The notes beneath the pieces were generated by a model that worked only from the letters and a program-made list of their open reading frames with translations, was not told the origin of the DNA and made no database searches. The translations under genes and the position numbers were made by a program. Below are positions 1 to 7,358 of a DNA stretch of 32,000 nt, piece after piece. The DNA comes from Candidatus Nitronereus thalassa (GTDB lineage Bacteria; Nitrospirota; Nitrospiria; Nitrospirales; UBA8639): contig NZ_JAQOUE010000002.1 in NCBI RefSeq assembly GCF_032191465.1, forward strand, positions 546,409 through 578,408. Direction: 5' to 3'. Position 1 is the first letter of the stretch. Each line of letters starts with the position of its first letter.

Positions 1-83
1 ATTGAGGAAACCCTAAGACTGTATTCACAGGACCGTGCCACCGGTCAGTTTCCCACCCATGTCGGCACCATTCAAAGAGGGGG

Positions 84-131
84 AAAAAAAGGTCGCTAGT
101 TGCTGGTCGCTGGTAAAAATTACTAGCGACA
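84..131 (-). terminator. Rho-independent terminator candidate downstream of the yqaA-like gene
   Basis: Read on the minus strand just after the stop at 141-143. The 9-bp arms at 122-130 and 92-100 are complementary (GTCGCTAGT / ACTAGCGAC). A run of 7 T follows (complement of A84-A90). Confidence 0.6.
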
Positions 132-140
132 AGCGACGAT

Positions 141-566
141 TTAGGATGCCGCCAAGACAATCACCCCATACCGAGCCGCCTTACCCAGACTCATCCAAAG
201 TACAGTCGCCATCCAATGAATCCTCAACCACCCAGCGGCGACACACAGCGGATCCCCTACGATTGGAACCCAGGATAACAAAAGCACCGGGCTCCCCCAG
301 CGTCTGACCCATGCCATCGCACGTTGATATTTTGGCTGTTGAACATTCTGAGAAGGAAACCACCAATCCACGAATCGCCCTATGCCCCAAGAAGTCATTC
401 CCCCCAGGGTATTTCCCGCCGTCGCAATAACCAACAGTGCCCAAGGATCGTGATGACCTTGATAGGCCAACGTCCCAATCACCACTTCCGAACCACCGGG
501 CAGTAACGTTGAAGCGAGAAAGGCACTCAGGAATAATGCCCAAAGAGTGGGATCGTCGGCAGACAT
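141..566 (-). CDS. yqaA: YqaA-like DedA/SNARE-associated family inner-membrane protein
   Basis: 141-aa ORF. The length and sequence pattern (LLPGGSEVV, GNTLGGMTSWGIGR, LLLSWVPIVGDPLCVAAGW, LGKAARY) match E. coli YqaA as I remember it. The overlapping ORFs on both strands look like shadows. Confidence 0.85.
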   Translation of the reverse strand: MSADDPTLWALFLSAFLASTLLPGGSEVVIGTLAYQGHHDPWALLVIATAGNTLGGMTSWGIGRFVDWWFPSQNVQQPKYQRAMAWVRRWGSPVLLLSWVPIVGDPLCVAAGWLRIHWMATVLWMSLGKAARYGVIVLAAS

Positions 567-635
567 ATCACAAGAATTTTTTCATGACACTGAAGGCTGG
601 GAAAGGCAGGATGTATTACAAGTAGTGACAGTCCG

Positions 636-857
636 TTACCGAAGTTTTTTTATTCCCACAAATTTATTGTTCTCATTGAATTGGATGGCAAATTCCCCCT
701 CAATTCCATCGTGGGTCAGAAATTGGCGCAGCACCCGCGCGGGAAATTTGACTTTCCGGCCATCCATCGCTCGAGTGACCACAGTATCCGCCGTGCCCTT
801 ATAAAAGGCCAGATACTTATCAGAGGAAATAGAAAGGCTCACTCGAATTTCCGGCAT
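636..857 (-). CDS. DUF2835-like small protein
   Basis: 73-aa ORF. The pattern (ISSDKYLAFYKG, VVTRAMDGRKVKFPARVLRQFLTHDGIEGEF) resembles the ~70-aa DUF2835 family from memory. Confidence 0.65.
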   Translation of the reverse strand: MPEIRVSLSISSDKYLAFYKGTADTVVTRAMDGRKVKFPARVLRQFLTHDGIEGEFAIQFNENNKFVGIKKLR

Positions 858-1090
858 ACCGCCATTTCACATGATAGGGCCGTGATTGGGAACGCCACAC
901 CACTTAACCATAAAATAGCAAACAAAAAAAAGAAAGGGAGCGGTGGATTTGGCAATTAGAAGTATCCTGTGGCCCCTGAATTCCCCTTCCCGTCGTTCCC
1001 GACGTTTTTAATTGGGAGCCATATTGGCTTTTCACTGAAGGTAAGCAATTGGATGAAAGGATTTGTTTCGATTTTTTTATAGCAGTCCGT

Positions 1091-2562
1091 ATGTCTTTTG
1101 TCTGGCATGGCTGCCTTCCGCATATTACAAGTGTGGAGAGGGCACCTTATCAATTCTTCAGACAGGAGACAGAACCATGAAACAACGAGCCTTTGTGGGA
1201 TTAGATGTGCTCAAGGACAGTATTGCGGTGGCCGTGGCTGTCGATGAACGAGGCGGAGACGTGCGGTTTTTGGGGGACATCGTGCATAAACCAGAAGCCA
1301 TCGCCAAGATGGCCAACAAGCTGGCAGCCACGCATGGGACCTTGGACTTCTGTTATGAAGCCGGGCCCTGTGGATACGGCCTCTACCGGCAACTCCTGGC
1401 CCAAGGCTATGCGTGTATGGTGGTCGCTCCCTCCCGCATTCCGATCGCCTCGGGGGATCGCGTGAAAACGGATCGCCGGGATGCGCAACGCTTGGCCGTG
1501 TTGCATCGCGCGGGGGAATTGACGGCGGTGTGGGTACCCGACGCCACCCATGAGGCGATGCGCGATCTCGTGCGGGCCCGGCTGGATGCGATGCGGCATG
1601 TGATGCGCGCCCGGCAACAGTTACTCGCGTTTCTGCTCCGACATGGGCGTGTATACGAGGCAGGTCGAAAGCCGTGGACGTGTCGGCATCGACGGTGGTT
1701 AGCGGCACAGAGCTTTCAGGAGCCGGCCCAGAATATAGTGTTTCAGGATTATGTGGAAGCTGTTTGGAGCGGAACGGCCCGTCGAGATGCCTTGCTTGCT
1801 CGTATAGCTGACCTGGTGCCGGCCTGGTCCTTAGGGCCTCAAGTTGAGGCGTTACGGAGCTTTCGTGGGTTGGAGTTAGTTTCCGCCGCCACTATTTTGG
1901 CCTGCCTTGGGGATCTCAGCCGCTTTGCCACGCCGCGGCACTTGATGAGTTATGTAGGGCTGACACCATCCGAACATTCCAGTGGCGGTCGAATCTGTCG
2001 CGGGAGAATTACCAAGACAGGGAATCGCGACGCCCGACGCATGTTGATTGAAGCCGCGTGGAGCTACCGCTATCCCGCGCGTGTGACTCAGGATAAATCG
2101 GATATTCTCATCAAACAACCAACGTGGGTGCGGGAGTTGGCCTGACGAGCGCAGGAGCGGCTGTGTCGCCGGTATCGGCAACTGACGAGAAAGGGGAAGA
2201 AATCAACCGTTGTCGTTACGGCCATTGCTCGCGAGCTATCTGGATTTATCTGGGCCTTGGGACGTGGCCTGACGCCGGCCTCTTGCTGAGGCCAGGAGTT
2301 CGGCGGGAGCGCGTGCGAACGGTTCGGGGAATGCTCGACAACCCTGTGGGCCAGCGCTGCTGATGCCCGTTAGCAGTCGGAGCCAGCTCCGCGACGACAC
2401 ACGTTCATGCGGTGGCAACCCGCGAAGGGAAGTTTGATCGACCGTCGCCAAAGTCGCACGGGCTCCCGACCTAACTCCTTGATCGTCATTGAACCGTAGC
2501 CAATACACTGTTTCGAGGAAACGGATGGCCGGCGTATGCGCGAATCTCTTGACAAAAGACAT
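1091..2562 (+). mobile_element. IS110/IS1111-family insertion sequence (~1.47 kb; boundaries uncertain by about 10 bp)
   Basis: A perfect 12-bp inverted repeat, ATGTCTTTTGTC (1091-1102) and GACAAAAGACAT (2551-2562), brackets a DEDD-type transposase gene. The interior is visibly GC-richer than the flanks. The left non-coding end is short (~86 bp) and the right one is long (~270 bp). Confidence 0.75.
1177..2289 (+). pseudogene. IS110-family (DEDD) transposase interrupted by one in-frame TGA at 2143-2145
   Basis: ATG at 1177 lies behind GGAGAC. Family motifs: VGLDV, YEAGPCGY, VKTDRRDA, GLTPSEHSSGG, ITKTGN. After the TGA the same frame continues as RAQERLCRRYRQLTRKGKKSTVVVTAIARELSGFIWAL and ends at TGA 2287-2289. 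That stretch is the conserved family C-terminus. The stop sits where family members usually carry Trp (W-x-AQ-x-RL). Confidence 0.8.
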
Positions 2563-2806
2563 GGAAGGGTGTCGTCCCTGCAGACGAGTCCCTTTTGTTT
2601 CGGCAAAAGGACCCAAAACCATTTCCGCCCGCGCGCAGCCCTTCCGACCTTACTCAGAAGTTAGGTCTCCAGGGTCCCTCCGCTTCCGCACCGAATCAAG
2701 ATGGCTCAGAAACTCGCTTCGAGGTGCAAAGCCACCTCTCCGTTCAAACAGTCTTCGCCAAAGAAGTCGATTCGGGGCTCCAGCTCCGCCACACCCAACG
2801 CGGGAA
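2563..2806 (-). repeat. Structured repeat, copy A (inverted relative to copies B and C)
   Basis: The reverse complement aligns along its length with 3402-3619 and 3785-4004. Shared blocks: GCGTTGGGTGTGGCGGAGC, CCGAATC, GGAGAGGTGGCTTTGCACCTC, GATTCGG, GGTTTTGGG and the hairpin with loop CCGAAA. Confidence 0.85.
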
Positions 2807-2987
2807 ACACTCACAAAACACATGCCGTTCCCAACCTAGTTGAATTACCTCTCAAAAAAGGGAAACGGCACCTTTTCCAGGTGAAATTATCCATCAGAAT
2901 ACTTTGGATTCTAACATCCTAATGCCCAGCTTCAGCCACGTGTTTTCCAGAGCGAAGCGGCACGAAACACGTCGAGGTTAGAAGGGT

Positions 2988-3245
2988 TCACTTCTTCAAC
3001 TCAAGCCCATTGGCACGACACGCCACCTCAATAAACTTCTCAAGAACCTCGGGTGCCATCCACGTTTTTTCGCATAGATGATGTACCCAACTGAGAATTT
3101 GCTGGTGAGTTCTACAGTCCGAGAGTGAGATGTTGTATTCATAGCAGACGTTGATGACGATGTGGTCGTCTTTTATCGAGACGATACGCTCCAGTTCTTC
3201 AAGACGCTTGGTGTATTTCTCGAAAATCTCTTCGTTGCTTGGCAT
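2988..3245 (-). CDS. Hypothetical small protein (85 aa)
   Basis: ATG at 3245 is preceded by GGGAGG (complement of 3253-3258). The ORF is AT-richer than its surroundings. I recognise no motif. The longer 110-aa version to 3320 lacks a ribosome-binding site. Confidence 0.55.
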   Translation of the reverse strand: MPSNEEIFEKYTKRLEELERIVSIKDDHIVINVCYEYNISLSDCRTHQQILSWVHHLCEKTWMAPEVLEKFIEVACRANGLELKK

Positions 3246-3401
3246 ATACAACCTCCCTCTAACAATGTTTAGGCCGATCCGTATAAGAACAGGATTTTCG
3301 ACTTTTTGTCCACATAACACGCCATCGATTCTTCGGAAGAATACGCCGGGGTCGTTGTCTTTTCAATTGGGTATACCCATGGCTTCATTTATCACGGCGT
3401 A

Positions 3402-3619
3402 TCCTGCGTTGGGTGTGGCGGAGCCGCAGGCCCGAATCGACTATTAGGCTCGGGCTGTTTGAGTGGAGAGGTGGCTTTTCACCTCGGAACGAGTTCCCGA
3501 GCCATCTTATTCGGGACGGAGGCGGAGGGACCCGTAGGGCCATGCACAGGCAAGAATGGTTTTGGGCACTTTTGCCGAAACAAAAGTGCCTCGTCGTGCG
3601 GGCGCGAAAGCCCGCATAA
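3402..3619 (+). repeat. Structured repeat, copy B
   Basis: Direct repeat of 3785-4004. Internal helices: CCCGAAT 3431-3437 with ATTCGGG 3509-3515; GAGGTG 3468-3473 with CACCTC 3480-3485; GGCACTTTTG/CAAAAGTGCC at 3565-3590; GCGGGC/GCCCGC at 3598-3615. Confidence 0.9.
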
Positions 3620-3682
3620 TAATTCCCAAACAACGAACCACCATGACCTGAACTCGCAACACAATCCAAATCCACGAAAAAC

Positions 3683-3714
3683 CTGGATTCCCGCTTACAA
3701 CCGCGGGAATGACG
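3683..3714. repeat. REP-like palindromic element
   Basis: Perfect 8-bp arms ATTCCCGC (3687-3694) and GCGGGAAT (3703-3710) flank an 8-nt loop. This is the palindrome type that produces spurious RGND / IPA..GM peptide translations in many genomes. Confidence 0.7.
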
Positions 3715-3784
3715 AGGTTAAAACTGGCGTAACACACCTTCCTGTGGACCTTCGTTTATTTAGAAGTTGAAGTTTCAATCCGTC

Positions 3785-4004
3785 TCCTGCGTTGGGCGCG
3801 GCTGGGCCGCCGTTCCGAATCCCACATCTCGGCGAGGACTGTGTGAGCGGAGAGGTGGTTTTGCACCTCGGAGCGAGTTTCCTCGCCATCCTGATTCGGG
3901 AAGATGGCCCAGCTCCCTGTCGTTCCGCGCACAGGCAAACATGGTTTTGGGCACTTTTGCCGAAACAAAAGTGCCTCGTCGCGTGGGCGCGAAAGCCCGC
4001 ATAA
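3785..4004 (+). repeat. Structured repeat, copy C
   Basis: Same architecture as copy B. The last 63 bp (3942-4004) differ from 3557-3619 at only 2 positions. The copy ends 6 bp before the MOSC gene stop. Confidence 0.9.
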
Positions 4005-4010
4005 AATAAA

Positions 4011-4484
4011 TCACTCCTCTACCCAAGACACTGAATCCCCAACCAAAATTTCTCCATCATCCAACACCTCCCCAAATGCCCCACCGGCCCAAGAGGCCCC
4101 CATGGCCGCTTGTAATCCTGGAAGAGTTTCTTCCATTCGTTCACAAGGTTTGGTTTCGCCTAAAATTCGAATTCTGCATCGCCCAATTAAGAGAATTCGT
4201 TTTCGTGATTTCAGGAGGCTCAAGCCACGAAGCAACAAGTTGGCCCGACGCGCGGACGGGGGCAAGTCACCTCCAACTTCGTTCATCAATCCATCCCACA
4301 CTTCACGCTCAATAAGGGTCACTTGACGCCGCCCCCCTTGGTTGGCATTTCCAATCAGCCCAACGTCCTTTTCCAACGTCGCCATTTCCACCGAATCCAT
4401 GGGGCCACGCTTCATACGCTTGATCCAAATCGCCTCAAGTGTCCCGGAAATCTTGGAATCTTGTTGAGCGACTACCCTGCCCAT
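4011..4484 (-). CDS. MOSC domain-containing protein (YiiM-like)
   Basis: 157-aa ORF with a MOSC-like pattern: [32 protein letters not shown] (conserved Cys), [13 protein letters not shown]. Confidence 0.8.
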   Translation of the reverse strand: MGRVVAQQDSKISGTLEAIWIKRMKRGPMDSVEMATLEKDVGLIGNANQGGRRQVTLIEREVWDGLMNEVGGDLPPSARRANLLLRGLSLLKSRKRILLIGRCRIRILGETKPCERMEETLPGLQAAMGASWAGGAFGEVLDDGEILVGDSVSWVEE

Positions 4485-4545
4485 TTCCCGTAACGCTCCA
4501 TTTCTTACACAAACTGAAGATAATGTTACCTTTACTCGGTTCCTT

Positions 4546-4575
4546 TTGACTCAAACCCGTTGTGAGCTTTATATT
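4546..4575 (+). promoter_or_regulatory. Sigma-70-like promoter candidate
   Basis: TTGACT (4546-4551), a 17-18-nt spacer, then TTATAT/TATATT (4569-4575). It sits only 6-7 nt upstream of the ATG at 4581. Confidence 0.35.
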
Positions 4576-4580
4576 AACTT

Positions 4581-5165
4581 ATGAACACTATGCGCGATCG
4601 AATAGCTTGTCCTACCAGACGGCCAGAAAACAACACTTCAAACTCCATCATCACCCGTCTTTTTTTTACCCTATGCGTGATTGGAAATTTCGCGCTCACC
4701 GAAACTCCGGTGCGGGCCGAACATCCCACACTCACTCCCACGCCATTTGAACAAATTAAGGGGCTGGTTGGTACTTGGCAAGGCACGAGAAAAGCCTATG
4801 ACGGGGAAGAAACGATCACAGCACGTTATTCTCTCACAGCCAAAGACACCGCGGTGATGGAGCAATTATTCCCAGGCACTCCCAAGGAAATGGTATCCGT
4901 GTACACCCAAGACGGCCACGACCTTGTCATGACGCATTATTGCATGCTCGGCAATCAACCACGAATGAAGACTCAAGGACGGGCCCCATCCAAACACATC
5001 ACCCTAACCTACGTCGACGGGACTGGCATGCGCTCTCCCCATGAAATGCATATGCATGAAGTCACCATCACGATCATGGATGACTCCCACATGACCCACC
5101 AATGGACGTTATACGATAAAGGGAAAAAAAAGGTCACACACACGTTCATGTTTACTCGGCAATAA
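4581..5165 (+). CDS. Exported hypothetical protein with a His/Met-rich C-terminal part
   Basis: 194-aa ORF. A hydrophobic signal-like segment (ITRLFFTLCVIGNFALTETPVRA) precedes the mature part. Notable strings: THYCMLGNQPRM and SPHEMHMHEVTITIMDDSHMTHQW. The start is uncertain (ATG 4581 or 4590). Confidence 0.65.
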   Translation: MNTMRDRIACPTRRPENNTSNSIITRLFFTLCVIGNFALTETPVRAEHPTLTPTPFEQIKGLVGTWQGTRKAYDGEETITARYSLTAKDTAVMEQLFPGTPKEMVSVYTQDGHDLVMTHYCMLGNQPRMKTQGRAPSKHITLTYVDGTGMRSPHEMHMHEVTITIMDDSHMTHQWTLYDKGKKKVTHTFMFTRQ

Positions 5166-5267
5166 CGAGAAAGGTTCTCCCTCAAATCCATCAAGACCAT
5201 CTGATTGTTCCTCCCCGCCTCGAAATCTTGTTCACATGCACCATTTAACCAAGGACCCAGGCCATCT

Positions 5268-6053
5268 ATGAATACGGAACTCGACATTGTCTTGGATGCC
5301 GTCAAACAAGCGGGAGCCAGGACCTTAGAACTGGCCGAGAACGGTTTTGAAACTCATCGAAAAGCAGATCGCTCACCCGTCACCTCTGCAGACCTTGCCG
5401 TAAACCAGATCTTGCACGATACCCTTTCGAAACAATTTCCCAACGACGGGTGGATGTCAGAAGAAAGTCCTGATACGGATGAACGTTTACAACGATCCCG
5501 CGTGTGGATCATTGATCCTATCGATGGTACGAGTTATTTCATTAAAGGCATTCCCCAATATTCCATCTCCGTGGCCCTGATAGAAAACCAGGAACCCATT
5601 CTTGGAGTTATTTATAATCCGGCTACCGAGGAATTGTTTTCTGCACTCAAGGGACAGGGACTGCATCTCAATGGAAAGCCCGTAACGACCAACGCCTTAG
5701 CGGATAAACCCCTGAGAATCTTAGTAAACCCATCTCGATTGGGCCGCAAGGAATTCAAGGCCCTCGAAGCCCATGCCACCCTTCAACCGATGGGTTCGAT
5801 CGCCTATAGTTTAGCGCTCGTGGCAGCCGGCCAGGCCGATGGCACCATTAACTACGATCAGTTGCACGAATGGGATATTGCGGCAGGGTGGCTGTTAGTG
5901 CAAGAAGGCCAGGGCATCGTGACTGACTCATTTGGAAAGACCCTCCCGTTTAATCAACCCGACCCCATTTCCCGAGGAGTTCTTGCTACTCGACAGAACA
6001 GGCACAAGGATTTTGAAACACTCTTGACCAAACGCCCGGAGAAAAAATCTTAA
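5268..6053 (+). CDS. Inositol monophosphatase / CysQ-family phosphatase
   Basis: Family motifs: EESPD, WIIDPIDGT, EWDIAAG. I chose the internal ATG at 5268 (MNTELDIVL) over the longer ORF starting at 5205. Confidence 0.85.
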   Translation: MNTELDIVLDAVKQAGARTLELAENGFETHRKADRSPVTSADLAVNQILHDTLSKQFPNDGWMSEESPDTDERLQRSRVWIIDPIDGTSYFIKGIPQYSISVALIENQEPILGVIYNPATEELFSALKGQGLHLNGKPVTTNALADKPLRILVNPSRLGRKEFKALEAHATLQPMGSIAYSLALVAAGQADGTINYDQLHEWDIAAGWLLVQEGQGIVTDSFGKTLPFNQPDPISRGVLATRQNRHKDFETLLTKRPEKKS

Positions 6054-6571
6054 TCCGATAGCCCCTGCAACCGAATCGTTTCAACGGGATACCAATCCTG
6101 CGGATTTAGGGATTCTGCTCGGACCAATTTCAGCTCCTCCACAATAAACTTTTTTGGAAGGTCGGAAGGAAGCGCTGCAATAATTTCTTCTTTAACTCTT
6201 GCGGGAAACAGTCCATATAACACACTGACATGGGGATTAAAGGGTAACGGAAGCTTTTGGCAAAAGAAGTCTATCCCCTGCTCTCGCGCGTCAAGAATTT
6301 CTGAATTTTTTCTCACCTTGAAATACAAACAGCGAAAATATTCATCTTCAAAAGCAGGCCCTTGAAGTTCAATTGAAATGGGGCAAAGTTTTTTTCCTAA
6401 TAAATTGGCTCGTTCCGAGAAAAGAGATTCATCTCCTAAGAGTTCTCCTAATAGCGTGATATGGGGGTCAAAGCATGGCCCCTGGTACTGCTGGCTCAAT
6501 TGACGAATGACTTGAGCCAACAGATGACCAGCCTCACCCTCAGGCGTGAGCCACAGGTAGTATTTGGCCAT
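6050..6571 (-). CDS. 2H phosphoesterase superfamily protein (LigT / cyclic phosphodiesterase-like)
   Basis: Two H-x-T/S-x motifs at the expected spacing: PHITLLG and PHVSVLYG. 173 aa. It starts 2 nt after the stop of the SRAP gene. Confidence 0.75.
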   Translation of the reverse strand: MAKYYLWLTPEGEAGHLLAQVIRQLSQQYQGPCFDPHITLLGELLGDESLFSERANLLGKKLCPISIELQGPAFEDEYFRCLYFKVRKNSEILDAREQGIDFFCQKLPLPFNPHVSVLYGLFPARVKEEIIAALPSDLPKKFIVEELKLVRAESLNPQDWYPVETIRLQGLSD

Positions 6572-6573
6572 GT

Positions 6574-7248
6574 TTATTCCGCCAAGGTCTCAATACAACG
6601 AGGATCATCGAAACGAGCATTATTAACATGAAGGCTGACTGGATTCGCCACCATTTCTTCCGAAGGATACGCTTGCAGCAAGGGAGCAAGGCGCTTCGGG
6701 TCTTTGAGTTCAGGATCCAGCCACTCGTCATAGGACGTGGGTAGAAGGATGACCGGCATACGATGATGAATAGGAGCCATGAGCGTATTAGGTTCGGTCG
6801 TGAGCAACGCACAAGACTCAATGACTTGGCCGTCGGAACTGGTCCAATGATCCCATAGACCGGCGAAGGCAAAGGGCCGTTTATCTTGCATCCGAATGTA
6901 AAATGGCTGTTTCACACGGCCATTTTTTTGCCATTCATAAAACCCATCCGCAAGGACTAGGCATCGACGCTGCTGAAAAGACTTTCGGAAGGAGGGTTTT
7001 TCCGCCACCGTTTCGGCACGAGCATTAATCAACTTCATTCCAATGGCGGAGTCCTTTGCCCAGGACGGAATCAATCCCCAGCGCAGCACGACACCTTCAC
7101 GGGTCTTTGAATCAGAAGGCTTTCTCACAGAGGCCACAACTTGCGAAGGAGAAATGTTATACCGAGGTTTCAGATCTGCCAATTCCTCAAACTGGAATTG
7201 ATCCGCCAAGACTTCGGGGGTAGTGGTTAAGGTATACCGTCCGCACAT
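6574..7248 (-). CDS. yedK: SOS response-associated peptidase (SRAP / YedK-like abasic-site processing protein)
   Basis: MCGRYTL N-terminus. The family needs Cys2 as the catalytic residue, so I set the start at ATG 7248 rather than the TTG at 7254 used by the ORF track. The length and remaining sequence are typical of SRAP. Confidence 0.88.
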   Translation of the reverse strand: MCGRYTLTTTPEVLADQFQFEELADLKPRYNISPSQVVASVRKPSDSKTREGVVLRWGLIPSWAKDSAIGMKLINARAETVAEKPSFRKSFQQRRCLVLADGFYEWQKNGRVKQPFYIRMQDKRPFAFAGLWDHWTSSDGQVIESCALLTTEPNTLMAPIHHRMPVILLPTSYDEWLDPELKDPKRLAPLLQAYPSEEMVANPVSLHVNNARFDDPRCIETLAE

Positions 7249-7358
7249 CGGCAAACAGCCTCCAACAACTATACCGTGTCGCCATGTAATAAATGCGACA
7301 ATGTTATGACTATTGATAAAATGTGACGCAACCCTCAGGGCTTGAAGGAGGCACCCTC

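Noticed and set aside
991-1009. Terminator-like hairpin CGTCG-TTCC-CGACG followed by TTTTT on the plus strand.
   Set aside because: The stem is only 5 bp, and no plus-strand gene or evident transcript lies upstream. It is probably fortuitous or part of the IS flank.
1201-1708. Long minus-strand ORFs (138 and 165 aa) inside the transposase gene. Similar antisense ORFs lie inside the TPR gene (13067-13906) and reductase 2 (20817-21839).
   Set aside because: These are typical shadow ORFs opposite strongly supported genes. Their composition is Arg/Pro/Gly-rich junk with no start context.
2143-2145. TGA read as Trp under an alternative genetic code.
   Set aside because: Several well-supported genes in the window terminate at TGA at their expected ends (HD-GYP at 11133, ECF sigma at 25065, ComEC-like at 31578). 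The standard code therefore applies.
2124-2363. 79-aa plus-strand ORF downstream of the transposase, considered as a separate gene or a +1/-1 frameshift product.
   Set aside because: It is out of frame with the conserved transposase C-terminus. That C-terminus continues in the original frame right after the TGA at 2143-2145, so a nonsense codon explains the break and a frameshift does not.
2563-4004. Possible CRISPR array, because of repeated sequence.
   Set aside because: The repeats are ~220-245 bp long, one is inverted, and the spacing is irregular. There are no short direct repeats with unique spacers and no cas genes.
2300-4010. Dense pile of 60-140-aa ORFs in all six frames (for example 2236-2622, 2489-2839, 3385-3675, 3459-3770, 3775-4026, 3904-4326).
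   Set aside because: They overlap each other and coincide with the repeat copies and the IS right end. Their peptides (FAETKVPRR, LLPKQKCLV, WIPAYNRGNDE) are classic translations of palindromic repeats. None has a ribosome-binding site or a recognisable domain.
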